A DNA stretch of 62,922 nt, filler included, from Octopus bimaculoides (lineage: Eukaryota): assembly GCF_001194135.2 (NCBI RefSeq). It is 6 parts of 6 records of this genome, joined end to end, with 100 filler letters (N's around TTAATTAATTAA, not from the genome) between each part and the next. Parts side by side here need not be neighbours in the genome. Positions count along the whole stretch, not along the records: positions 1 to 15,363 come from NC_068993.1; 5 more parts are not named here. One strand, written 5' to 3'. Below are positions 1 through 12,709 of this stretch, in pieces. Made by a program: the position numbers and the translations under genes. The notes below the pieces were generated by a model. It saw only the letters and a program-made list of their open reading frames with translations, did no database searches and was not told the origin of the DNA. Within the stretch, counting starts at the first letter, position 1. Each line of letters opens with the position of its first letter.

Positions 1-610
1 ATATATATGCGTGTGTGTATGTATGTATGTATGTATGTATGTAATTGTAGCCGCGTTACTTCTTTGAAAAGTTTTGCACTATACTGTCACTATACTGAAA
101 TGGCGTATGCTGTGACCTCGCTGAGGTCTAACGAAAACCGATATGACTAAATACTGCATCACCAGCTGAGACATTGACTTCGCCAGAAGTAATATAATAT
201 CCATATTCAGTAAGTTGATTTTGTTCATTTGTATGGTTATTGCTGGTCAACTCAATAGGATATCGGCCTACAAGGCGAATTGATAAAACGTTAATATTCA
301 TTCTGTCACCAGTGTAGTTGAATTGGATTTATGTCCATCTAAACCGTAAATTCATAAGCAGTGAAGATAGTTTAAATAAAATGTACAGTGTGTCAGATAG
401 GAATTGTAATATTGAAATATCGAATTATAAAACGAAAATCTTTGGTATTTCAAATCAATGCTTTTAGTTGCATGAAAAGTATTTATAGAATATGGTAACA
501 TAATCGTTATGTAGGAGTTGTCTCCTTGAATACGTCTTATCGTCTTGATTCTCTTGTTCATTCGATGCTTCCATTGGGACTTTCTTTAGAATGGTTGCTC
601 TTTTTTTAAT

Positions 611-786
611 GTGGCTGTGTGGTAAGAAGTTTGCTTCTCAACCTCATAGTTCCGAGTTCAGTTTCACTGTCTCACTGCATCACACCTTAGACAAGGACGT
701 TATACTATATATAGCTTCGGGCAAACCAAAACCTTGTGAATGGATTTGGTTGGTGCAAACTGAATGAATCCCATCATATATATATA
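611..786 (+). mobile_element. tRNA-derived SINE family A, 5' half
   Basis: gtggctgtgtggtaagaagtttgctt head and ccttgtgaatggatttgg body match the family A copies at 30395, 41043, 43861 and 48623. Confidence 0.8.
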
Positions 787-787
787 G

Positions 788-1023
788 TTTCCCCACCTGG
801 ATGGGACGCCGGTCCGTCACATGTGAGCTGCTAGATGTAGGAAGAAAAAGTGAGAGAAAGTTGTGGCAAAAGAGTCAGCAGAAGTTCGCCATTACTTTCT
901 GCCGGATCCGCGCGGAGCTTAGGTGTTTCGCTCATAAACACACGCATCGCTCGGTCTGAGATTCGAATCCGCGATCTTTCGACAGCAAGTCCGCTGCTCT
1001 AAGTACTAGGCCATGTGCCTCCA
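788..1023 (-). mobile_element. tRNA-derived SINE with family B head and a different 3' tail
   Basis: Reverse complement starts tggaggcacatggcctagtacttagagcagcggac...ggattcgaatc (A/B-box-like), similar to heads at 31829 and 37629; ends in cggcgtcccatccaggtgggg rather than the usual B tail. Confidence 0.7.
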
Positions 1024-1689
1024 CTGAAGGAAACAAGTAAAAGGCTTAAATTACAGTAGCGTTAGGGACTATAAAGAAGGAAAAGAAGGGACCTACAAAT
1101 CCAAAAGATTTCGATTGAGAGACTGAACAGTATAGACCAGAGGAATGAAGACGATTGTAATGAGCTGAGTTCCAGAGATGGGCAGTTCGAGCCAAGAAGC
1201 TTCCAGAATAATAGGCTTAACAGCAAGCTAAACAGAGTAACGATGTGCCTGCGAATAGAAGGACGTGACACATTTAAAAGTCTTGACAGAGGACAGAGGA
1301 TGCTAGACGAGAAAGTTCATCAGAGCAATGATTATGGAAATGCATATGGAAGAGATACAACAAAGTTATATTTCGACGACTATCCAAAGATGCCAACCTA
1401 AAAGAAAAAAGGGGACCCATCATGTTAACTCGATTTTGAATTCAGTCAAGTAGGTGATATTTTAAGCTGAGCTAGGAATGGAACCTGTATCCATTCGTTT
1501 TACTCGTTTTGCCTAATCTTCCTTGGCTCCTTCTGGTTTCCGAGTATCTCTTTCGTTGTCGGTACTTCCTCGTTTATGTTGGTGCCTCTGATGTCTAACA
1601 AAACATATTTTTACGTGGAATAATTGTCCACGGAGGATTCACCTGAGATGGAGGGCTTGATTGGAGCTGATATCCCTTTCACCGTAACA

Positions 1690-1920
1690 GTTTATCTTCA
1701 TAATTTCTTCGCCGATGTTTTCCAAAATATTCTGCACAAATCCTGATGTTGTGACACCACGATCTTCTATCTTCTTCCGCATCTTTGCTCCCAGGATTTA
1801 AAATCGACGTTGGTGCTCTTCATCATCTGTTTCAGTTGGTTTTTGTAGCGTCTCAATGGGGAAGCCGCGCCATCTTTTGTCGGTGCTGAGTTCGCTGCAG
1901 AGGATTTCACGCGACAGTCT
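1690..1920 (-). pseudogene. RTE-clade LINE ORF C-terminal fossil (frameshifted)
   Basis: Manual translation RLSREILCSELSTDKRWRGFP / LRRYKNQLKQMMKSTNVDFKSWEQ / DAEEDRRSWCHNIR resembles the RTE post-RT motif RLP..IL.GEL..G.R..G.P..RYKD.LK......WE..A.DR..W. Confidence 0.7.
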
Positions 1921-2830
1921 GGTAACAATTAGCTTATTACCTTGGAAGACAATAGTGTTGCGACGTCATTCTTAAATATGCGTCTTCATATATTGAATCC
2001 ATACCGATAATTGTCGGTGTTTTGGAATATGTCTATAAAATGGTGTCTGTTTGTCTCATTGTATTCTTCATAGCTTGAGAAAATGTTTAGATGATATTTT
2101 TATAATGAATTCATTTCTTCATTTTTCTATTATCAGTGGGGGAGTTTTTGGCATTATTTATTTATTTAATTTAATTAATTTATTTATTTACCTTTTTATT
2201 TATTATTTCAGAATGTATTTGAAACGAAGCGTGATATTTTGATATTATTCACTGTGTCTGGCAAATATTTAGTTGCTCTTCGTTGTTTTTATATAATATA
2301 CATATAATATATAATTATATATGTGAATGTGTGCACGCAGGGGGAATATTACGTAATATATAATTATATTCATCTGTGTACATATATGTGTGTGCATGTG
2401 CGCGCGCTCGTGTACATGTGTGTGTTGCTGCATACATATGTGTGTCTATGCAGACACAAATGTACGCATTCACATGCACCTAATGACTCTTACAGAGAAA
2501 ACAAAACGTTATCATAAAACAGGAACATCTCGATCGAAGTTTGACCTATAAGGACTGCCAAGGATCCAGACAACAAGAGTGACCCCGCCATATTCCGGAA
2601 CAACCCCTTTTCCATTTTGTCTGTTGCGACCATGATGCAATCTGAGTCGCAAGAAATTCTACGTTCCACTCCTTAAATACTTAGATCCATTCAATAATTT
2701 ACTGCATACCAAACCAATGAATGAACCACCTGCGTAGAAAGGTCGTTCGCTCGGTAGGTTATGATTATCTTTGCTACTATAAGCTGCCATTTTCCTTCTA
2801 CTTCACTATCGTAATATTGTTTAGTTATAA

Positions 2831-3146
2831 TAAGGCGGTGAGCTGGCAGAATCGTCAAAACGCCGGGCAAAATGCTTAGCGGCATTTCGTCTGTCTTTAT
2901 CTTCTCAGTTCGAATTCCTCCGAGGCCAACTTTACGTTTCAACCTTTTGAGGTCGATAAAATAAGTACCATTTGAGCACTGGTACTTTCGAAAAATGCTG
3001 ACTTTGTGTCAATATTTGAAATCAGTATTGTTTAGAGGAGGTGAACTGCAGAATCATCAGCACGTTGGACAAAGCACTTAGCATCTTTTCTGGCGTCAAA
3101 TTACGTTCTGTGTTCAAATCTCTCCGAGGCTGTCGATAAAATAGAC
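2831..3146 (+). mobile_element. SINE family D, one near-complete copy (2831-3029) plus a second degenerate copy (3036-3146)
   Basis: taaggcggtgagctggcagaatcg head and ggtcgataaaataagtacc body are shared with the array at 29549-31020. Confidence 0.8.
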
Positions 3147-3285
3147 TCGGCTCCTTCCTTCAAAAACTGTTGACTTTTGGTCCTGCAACAGACGAGCATT
3201 TCGCTAGCAGGAAATATTGTGGTTTTGATCATTTACACACCATAAGTACAGGATTTCCGTTCTCACGAGTTCCAATGTTCAAAAC

Positions 3286-3538
3286 TGTTGTGTCGACGCG
3301 CCCAAACGATGAAGTAAGCTAGCCCAATATGTAGATATAGAGAGAGACGTCTAGACGTCGGAGCAGTTCAGTAGAGGTCATCCGAAGGTGCGATATAGCA
3401 GTAGGTCTCATCCTCGTCACCACTGTTGTATCGCACGTTCGGATGACCTCTACTCAACTACTCCAACGTCTAGACTTCTCCCTTTACATCTACGCATTGG
3501 GCTAGCTTACTTCATCGTCTAGGGGCGTCGACACAACA
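3286..3538. mobile_element. Fold-back non-autonomous DNA transposon (MITE), TGT...ACA ends, 5-bp TSD; Ginger2/TDD-like
   Basis: ~116-bp imperfect inverted arms (tgttgtgtcgacgc...gtgcgata) around a ~19-nt loop; aaaac directly flanks both ends (3281-3285, 3539-3543). Confidence 0.7.
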
Positions 3539-3598
3539 AAAACCAAACAAAAAAGGGAAGGAAGTCATAATATTGAAGTCGATATGTAACAACAACCG

Positions 3599-3910
3599 GG
3601 CACACCGTCGGTAAAGACGACAAGAGTTCCAGTTGATCCGGCCAACGGAACAGCCTACTCGTGAAATTTAACGAACAAGTGGCTGAGCACACCACAGAGA
3701 CGCGTGCTCTTAGCGTAGTTCTCAAGGCGATTCGGCGTGACACAGAATGTGACAAGGCTGATCCTTTGAAATTACAGGTACTACTCATGTTTGCCAGTTG
3801 AGTGAACTGGACCAACGTAAAATAAAGTGTCTTGCTCAAAGACACAACACACCGCTGGGACTCAAACTCACGGCCTTCCGACCGTGAGCCGGACACCGTA
3901 ATCATTAATC
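3599..3910 (-). mobile_element. SINE family C (tRNA head, gtgtcttgctcaa central domain, tail shared with family B)
   Basis: Tail is the reverse complement of gctcagccacttg...ggaac(c)ctcgtcgtc as in 28187-28492; contains aaataaagtgtcttgctcaaagacacaac. Confidence 0.75.
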
Positions 3911-3945
3911 CGCGTTCCTTCACTGAAATCCACATATATCAACGA

Positions 3946-4356
3946 CTAGCTTTAAAGCCTCACTCCGTGGCTTCTGTGGAGGGCTAATTTGGCCGGCAGA
4001 CCAGAACTAAAGAGAGTTATAATAATAAAGCGTTTATTGGTACTCTACCAATATGCTATTACCCTACCAATATGGTATTACTTTATATTCAGTTTAAATG
4101 AAAAACTTGTAAGTTCACAAATTCTTTGAATTCTTGTCAAATTTGAATTTTCAACTTTTAGCATATAACAAATCTTCATCCAGACCTAATACCAATTCTG
4201 AATGTTCAAGAACCAAATGAAAGGCAGGTGTTCAATTCCGGGATCATCCTGATTCCAAAAAAGTATAATTTATCTATGAAGAGCAAATATAGATTAAGAT
4301 ACAGGGGTCCTGGACAGACGGATAGACATACAGAGCTCCGCGTTTATTATTATAGA
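3946..4356 (-). mobile_element. Probable non-autonomous Helitron
   Basis: Minus strand reads A|TCTATAATAATAAAC at the 5' end and CTAG|T at the 3' end, with an imperfect GC-rich hairpin just upstream of CTAG and no TSD. Confidence 0.5.
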
Positions 4357-5348
4357 TATTGATACATACCTCCTTCCCACAAGGTCCAGCTATTCTCAGA
4401 ACCTGTTAGCTTTGACTTTCCCGATGTTGCCAAATTATCAAGTCTGGTTTTTACAGAATTACCCTAATGATGATAGAGTATTGTTAAATTTACTTTGTTG
4501 ACTGAAACGTATAAAGGCGAAACAGCAGCTACCCCGAGCCATCACACATAACGTGGCCACCGCTAGTGTATTTAATCTCATCTTATCATAACGAAGTGAA
4601 GTGAAGGACGTATTACATAAGATGTCCTGAGAGGACGGTCGTAGCTGATGTTGAAGTACCGTTAGTTATAGGTAGGTTTCTTCTAGAGATATCTCGTAAA
4701 ATAGACGATATGTTCAACAAAATAACAACAACTGTATACTGATGAAAGAAGAGCCTCTACAGGACTTGCAAGAAAGGATTGTTAAATATCTCTCGAACAT
4801 TCTGTTCTACCATCTTGGGAAAGAAGCTATACAGTAATGCAGTCATACAAAGGGAAAGACTGGAATGTATGTAAATGATTAAATGTATAGATAGATAGAG
4901 AGAGAGATTAGTAGAGAAAGAGATAGATAGAGAGATAGATAGACACATGAATATACAAAATACAGATCGAAGCTATAGTATATTTACCCAAGGATCCATG
5001 CAGTGGGACTGAACCTGTAATCATGTGGCTTCGAAGCAAAATCAAAAGTAGAAATCCTTACTACTGAACCACTTCTACCTATGTACATACATACATGCAT
5101 ACGTATATATATACATAAATATGTGTGTGTGTGTGTGTGTGTGTGGATAGGTAGGTAGATAGACAGACAGACAGATAAATAAACACATGATATCTATAGA
5201 CTGTGCGGGTGGGTATTTGCGAGTTACACCGTTTTCATTTCCAGTATCTATATTCCGTGATATTTACATATACATATAAACATGCATGTTCACACACACA
5301 CGCAAACACACATACACATAAACACACACACACGCGCGCACACGCGCG

Positions 5349-5379
<31 letters not shown>

Positions 5380-5390
5380 GGAGAGAGATT

Positions 5391-5431
<41 letters not shown>

Positions 5432-7054
5432 NNNNNNNNNNNNNNNNNNNNNNNNNNNNNNNNNNNNNNNNNNNNNNNNNNNNNNNNNNNNNNNNNNNNN
5501 NNNNNNNNNNNNNNNNNNNNNNNNNNNNNNNNNNNNNNNNNNNNNNNNNNNNNNNNNNNNNNNNNNNNNNNNNNNNNNNNNNNNNNNNNNNNNNNNNNNN
5601 NNNNNNNNNNNNNNNNNNNNNNNNNNNNNNNNNNNNNNNNNNNNNNNNNNNNNNNNNNNNNNNNNNNNNNNNNNNNNNNNNNNNNNNNNNNNNNNNNNNN
5701 NNNNNNNNNNNNNNNNNNNNNNNNNNNNNNNNNNNNNNNNNNNNNNNNNNNNNNNNNNNNNNNNNNNNNNNNNNNNNNNNNNNNNNNNNNNNNNNNNNNN
5801 NNNNNNNNNNNNNNNNNNNNNNNNNNNNNNNNNNNNNNNNNNNNNNNNNNNNNNNNNNNNNNNNNNNNNNNNNNNNNNNNNNNNNNNNNNNNNNNNNNNN
5901 NNNNNNNNNNNNNNNNNNNNNNNNNNNNNNNNNNNNNNNNNNNNNNNNNNNNNNNNNNNNNNNNNNNNNNNNNNNNNNNATATATATATATATATACATA
6001 TATATGTATGTATGTATATGCACATTCAAACGCATTTATATGTATGTCTATATCGATATATATATATATTTATATATATAAACTCAAGAAAAATATGGAG
6101 GTGTATAGCGGTACATAGTTCAGTGGTTAGGTGTGCGTGTGCATATGCGTGTGCGCGTGTGTGCGCGTGTGGTGTATGTACGTGTACAAGAATGCATGTG
6201 CCTCTATATGCAAGTGAGCCCAAATGTACATAGGTGGATAAATATACCTACACACATACACACACACACACATATATATGAACATTCATGCATATATTTA
6301 TAAATAAATACATCTATATACATACATGCATACGCATCTATGCGTATATATATACAAATATGCATAGACACATATGCATATGTATATATATAAATATATA
6401 TATANNNNNNNNNNNNNNNNNNNNNNNNNNNNNNNNNNNNNNNNNNNNNNNNNNNNNNNNNNNNNNNNNNNNNNNNNNNNNNNNNNNNNNNNNNNNNNNN
6501 NNNNNNNNNNNNNNNNNNNNNNNNNNNNNNNNNNNNNNNNNNNNNNNNNNNNNNNNNNNNNNNNNNNNNNNNNNNNNNNNNNNNNNNNNNNNNNNNNNNN
6601 NNNNNNNNNNNNNNNNNNNNNNNNNNNNNNNNNNNNNNNNNNNNNNNNNNNNNNNNNNNNNNNNNNNNNNNNNNNNNNNNNNNNNNNNNNNNNNNNNNNN
6701 NNNNNNNNNNNNNNNNNNNNNNNNNNNNNNNNNNNNNNNNNNNNNNNNNNNNNNNNNNNNNNNNNNNNNNNNNNNNNNNNNNNNNNNNNNNNNNNNNNNN
6801 NNNNNNNNNNNNNNNNNNNNNNNNNNNNNNNNNNNNNNNNNNNNNNNNNNNNNNNNNNNNNNNNNNNNNNNNNNNNNNNNNNNNNNNNNNNNNNNNNNNN
6901 NNNNNNNNNNNNNNNNNNNNNNNNNNNNNNNNNNNNNNNNNNNNNNNNNNNNNNNNNNNNNNNNNNNNNNNNNNNNNNNNNNNNNNNNNNNNNNNNNNNN
7001 NNNNNNNNNNNNNAACCATGTAACACAAGCCTTCTGTAGTTTTTTCACTCTTAT

Positions 7055-7110
<56 letters not shown>

Positions 7111-7558
7111 ATTCATATATATATACACACACAAACACGCATACACGCAAACAAACACACGAACTTACACACACACACACAGACACGCACACACACACAA
7201 GCATACGCAGACCGAGATAGAGAAGCAAATAACAAAAGGGGAAATCGTGTGGAATATCAGTGAGAAAACTGAAGTTTGTAATAATTTCTTCTTTACTTTT
7301 TCTAGTTCAAATATACGCTTCTGTTTTATATATACTCGTAATATATAATCTAGACACACGCGCTAGCACACACAAACATATACACGCACACCTATATAAA
7401 CATAACTTACATAACTTCGGTTTCAGCCAGTAGAGGCCCAGGCCATGTCTAACTTAATGGCACCACCTGCTGAAGTCTTTTAGATCGTGTGTCACACCTC
7501 AGTCATATATGGTAGTAAGCAGGTGAATTAGTTTAACCCTCTGGAAGAATAGAAAAGT

Positions 7559-7594
7559 CTTTTACGTTTCAAGGCTACGCTCTTCTTCAGAAAG
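7559..7594 (-). ncRNA. Minimal hammerhead-ribozyme-like motif in a Penelope-like repeat fragment
   Basis: Minus strand cttt-CTGAAGA-a-gagc-gta-gcctt-GAAA-cgt-a-aaag: stem I cttt/aaag, intact core, imperfect stem II, palindromic ACGT, GUA triplet. Confidence 0.55.
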
Positions 7595-7978
7595 GGTTAA
7601 GAGGGGAAAAAATGACTGAGAATGAAAAACAAAAAAAGGGAGAGGGAAAAAAATGGGTAAGTTTAACGCTTTAACATGGCGAAATGGCCAGAAGAAAGAG
7701 GATGAATGAAAGGGAGATAGTAATGGAAGATAACCCGGCCAAACGAATTTGTTGAAACACGTGTGTGTCAGAATGGTGTGTGTGTGTCAGAATGGTGTGT
7801 GTGAGTATGTATGTATGAACGGGTGCGGGTACGTGAGCATGTATGCGTGGGTAAGCTAAAAATTATACGGACCTGTGTGTGTGTATGTGTGTAAGTGACC
7901 CAGTGCGTACATTATTTGGAGTGATATGCGTTTCGTGTACTGGTATGTATGTGTGTGCTTATGGATGTGTATACGTAT

Positions 7979-8063
<85 letters not shown>

Positions 8064-8909
8064 TATGTGGTACGTCATGAAACGTGTACAACAAAAAATA
8101 CGAAGTACGAGTACATGGAATATGAACTATTTTTCGAACAACGTATGACACAAATGGAAAACAAGACAAACAACATAAAGAACGACCCTTCATCAGCTGT
8201 TGGCTGTTTTTGTTTTTTTACTCTCGTATTTCGAGCATTTAACAACAATATACGCTTTCGATAAAACAGTTCCTCCTGCAAAGCAAATTAAAATTGTAAT
8301 CTGGATAGAGTACCTGTAGTTCAGCGTAAGCATTTTCCTTTTAGCGTTATGTTAACATCTACAACTGTACACAGCTGTATGTATGTATGTATGTATGTAT
8401 GTATGTATGTGTGTATGTATGTATGTATGCATGTATGTATGTATGTATGTATGTATGTATGTATGTGCATAAGCCTATACAAATTCAGTCCTCAGTCATT
8501 AACAAAGTAGGTAAGCGAAAATATCCAAATATTAGTGCCTTTCAGCTATTTTATCACCAGACTGTGATATGTTGTTACTTCAAAACTCTCCTGATAAAAA
8601 CCGGTTTCTTTTATATCTTAAGGAGTGAGGTTTCTCCGTTCCTTTACCTATCACAGGAACAAAATATTCAATGTGACATGAATTCACACCCTGCTGTAGC
8701 GTGTTCAAATATTTAGTAAAGTGTGAAACACACTACATCAATTAGAAATGAACTAAAATGTTCTTATTAAGCACCGTGTAAAGAGGCTATAAATGTTTGC
8801 TTCCATTTTGTAAGATGTGCTGTGTTTTTCTTATCCGGAAATTTATTTTGCTTCATATTAAAATTAAACGTAAACAGACACGACTCGGAATGATAACATT
8901 ATGTACATA

Positions 8910-8945
<36 letters not shown>

Positions 8946-9191
8946 CGTATTTGTGTGAGACAGTGTGTGTATACATTTATATAGTTATAGTTGTACACAA
9001 TGTTTGTGTATAAATAGGCATGTTTGTTCACATGCACGCGCGCGCACGCACAGACACGCATAGTGTGAATGCAATGAAGGAAAGTAAAACCACAATAGGT
9101 ATACAAGAGGAACATGTTTACACAAAATTCTCATCTTTATATAAATCTATATCACTATGCTAGCGAGGAATATACTCCTTCTTCCTTTATA

Positions 9192-9276
<85 letters not shown>

Positions 9277-10515
9277 TATGCCCCAAAAAAAACGAAGAAA
9301 TACAAGTAAAAGCAACGTGTGATACATGCAAAGTATTAGCAGACGCTCAGGAAAGGAAAGAAAGGTAGTTTTTATGTTTCGAGCAAAGCTCTTCGTCAGA
9401 GACAGAAGACGGAGGAAAGTCCAAGAGAAAAAGGAAGATGGGGGAAAACAATCGCCAACGATCCACATGTGGTTGTATTTTGAAATGACCGGAAGGGAAT
9501 GGGTGAAGAAAAAGTTCTTTCTAAAGCAGGAGAATCTAAGAGAAGAAGGTATCTGTGTGTATGTGTAGGTATGTGCGTGCGCACAAGTCTGTGTGTGTGT
9601 GTGTACACGCACATACATGCATACGTACACAGACACGCGCGCACAAACACACATATATATGTATAGTTATATATTTATATACATATATATATTGAGAGAG
9701 AGAGAGAGAAAGAAAGAAAGAAAGAAAGCGAAAGGAGGGGCGGAGGAGGAGAGATAATTGGAAACAACTTGCTTATGCAATTTTTCCAGTCAACCGAAAA
9801 CCCCGCATACCAGGCGCCAATAAGTCCCAGAGATCAAGAGAGAATGCACGCCGTTTCGTGGCCTTGCTCTTGAAGGTCCCCAAAACGGTGCACATTGTCT
9901 CACTGGTTTATGGCCCGCTTATGGAATCAACTGAGTGGTACTTAATGTTAAGTCCATTTCATGACCATCCGGACCATTCAAATTGTGAAGTCATGTAAGT
10001 CTGACTTTTCATATAGGCAAACAAATACCTGTCTCACTCACATACTTCACCTCCCCCTTTCCTGTCATAATCAATGCTTTATATTGTCACGCTGTTATCC
10101 GTCTTCAATCGTTTGAATAATCGGTGCCAAGAAACTCGTAACATTTTTTCCCTTTGAACAAATTTTGCTATCTCAAAGTAAGTATTGAAAAATATTATGG
10201 CAAATCCGGTCTAAGTGAGTAAAAGAGGGGATGGTCACGTATAGGATGCCTTTGATTATAGTTCTACACCTCGATCAGAGCTAAGCATCAGCAGTAGCAC
10301 CAACAACAACAGCAACAATAACGATGGCGTCGGAAGCGACGATGATCACTGCCACCAACATCATTCGCTCAACTGCAATGGCATCAATGATGGAACAATG
10401 CTTCCATTAGATATTTAATTTACAACTATATCGTCGTTCTCATTATCAAAGTCATCGTCGCCGTCGTCGTCGTCACCATCATCATCATCATCATCATCAA
10501 ACATAATCATTGCCG

Positions 10516-10795
10516 TCTTCTTCTTCTTCTTCTTCTTCTTTTTCTTCTTCTTTTTCTTCTTCTTCTTCTTCTTCTTTTTCTTTTTCTTCTTCTTCTTCTT
10601 CTTCTTCTTCTCCTCCTCCTCTACCTCCTTCTTCTTCTTTTTCTTCTTCTTCTTCTTCTTCTTCTTCTTCTTCTTCTCCTCCTCCTCCTCCTCCTCCTTC
10701 TTCTTTTTCTCCTCCTCCTCTACCTCCTTCTTCTTTTTCTTCATCTTCTTCTTCTTCTTCTCCTCCTCCTCCTCCTCCTTCTTCTTCTTCTCCTT
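10516..10795. repeat. (CTT)n/(CCT)n compound polypyrimidine microsatellite
   Basis: ~280 bp almost entirely C/T on the + strand. Confidence 0.95.
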
Positions 10796-11930
10796 GATCG
10801 TCGTCGTCGTCGTTGTCGTCGTCACACTCTTTAGGAAGAATAAAAAAAACCAGCGAAAGCATAAAAATTAGACAATGCCCCCATTTAACGACTGCATTAT
10901 TAACACATGGCAACAACAAACACAGCAACAAAAATATCATTAAAAATGTATGACAGACCCTACCCTACCCAGATCTGTGTACCCTCATCCATCCGATAAT
11001 GACTATAAAACCAACAAATGTCGTTACGTTGTTTTCGAGGCTGCCGCTGATAACTCTTCTGCTTGTAGAAACCTTAAAAGTTGTTTGATCACATTAGGAA
11101 TGACAGTGACATCTCCTGGAGAAAAAGATGGTACTAGTGTCATGGTTTGGAATCAGCCGATCATCTGACATTAAACAGAGAGAGTTTGAGTGTTCGGCTG
11201 AATAACAATTAAATCGAATACTCTGCTGCTAAAAGTTCTTTAAAAATTTGAATTAATCATGGTAAAGTTCAAAATACGTTATTTTCGGTTAGCGGTTATC
11301 AGTTTTGCAGGACGAGTTGCTGCTCCGTTGGTAATGCTCTTCCTGTTTCAACACTGCTTTGGGTTCAAACTCGGCATAAGATACGCCACATTTCGTAGAA
11401 AGATTATTTCATTAACTTGGAAGTACTAAGAACACCGAGCAGTCATGGACACTACGCCAGTTGGAAATGGTTGTGGAGTGTGTTCAAGATAGATCCGTGC
11501 TAATAGTGTCTGCAGTGATCTCCACAAGGTCTCAAGGAGAAAGGAAATCAGAATAAAAACCGGCTGGATGTACTTTAGTAAAGATGTCACGAGTGATAGC
11601 CAGAACTTGGGCGAGACTTGGGACTTAGAACTTGATGGATATGACGGACAGGCACCAGTAGCCCTATATTATCCGAACATGAGGACCTAACTGACTAAAG
11701 CTTAGAATCAATTTACCTATTTCCATTCGCAATAAAAGTATTTCTATCAAACGACTAGCGAAAGATGTACATAAGTTTGAACAATGAGCATGTAACAGCG
11801 ATCACGTGATCATGACAACATATTAACAAGGGATAAAGCTCTGCGTAATCACAATTCATATCTGTCAGTCTAACTGTCTGTTTTGCCTGTTGGTTTGTCT
11901 GTCTGTCTCTCTCTCTCCCTCCCTTTCTCT

Positions 11931-12263
11931 CTTGTTTCAGTTATTTGACTGCGGCCATGCTGGAGCACCGCCTTTTGTCGAGTAAATCGAACCCGGGACT
12001 TATTCATTGTAAGCCTAGTACTTATTCTATCGGTCACTTTTGCCGAACCGCTAGGTTACAGAGACGTAAACACACCAGCATCAGTTGTCAAGCGATGTTG
12101 GAGGGACAAACACGGATACACAAACATACACACACACACACACACACACATATATAAACGACGGGCTTCTTTCAGTTTCCGTCTACCAAATCCACTCACA
12201 AGGCTTTGGTCGGCCCGAGGCTATAGTAGAAGACACTTGCCCATGGTGCTACGCAGTGGCACT
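11931..12263 (-). mobile_element. SINE family A, head-truncated
   Basis: cttgtttcagttatttgactgcggccatgctggagcaccgcc...agaagacacttgccc matches the family A reverse complement. Confidence 0.85.
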
Positions 12264-12632
12264 GCACAAATTTGAAACAAATACATATATCAACTATAGT
12301 TATCCAAACCCATGCACTAAGTATGGGCCTATAATTTGAAGTTTAAACAGAGTCATTCTTCACGATATATTTCAGCTTCCTTTGACCGCTGATTCGACTT
12401 TAAAGTTAACTAGTTTTTTCCTTCTATCCTTCATTAATTGCTCTCTCTTTCTTTCTTTCGGCCATTTTAATTTATTCTTTCAACTTCAACTCTTAGGATT
12501 CTCAATCGCTAATTTTGCAAGAATAATCTCTCTACTTGAAACAGATTTCAAATTCTGCAAGCACTCCTCTCTTTTAATAAATTAATTAATGCACACACGC
12601 ACACACGATGTACACACAAAATATAAAGAAGG

Positions 12633-12699
<67 letters not shown>

Positions 12700-12709
<10 letters not shown>

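Noticed and set aside
120-561. Short minus-strand ORFs in non-repetitive sequence (also 10950-11168 plus)
   Set aside because: Under 75 aa, no recognisable domain or splice pattern; cannot be supported without a homology search
5235-7220. Long ORFs spanning N gaps (here and at 16045, 18333, 20823, 22353, 31851, 33813, 35920, 42153, 44244 and others)
   Set aside because: Open only because N runs contain no stops; the flanks are microsatellite translations
10415-10940. Poly-K/E, poly-S and acidic/Gly-rich ORFs
   Set aside because: Translations of the (CTT)/(CCT) tract, open in several frames on both strands, with no unique coding flanks
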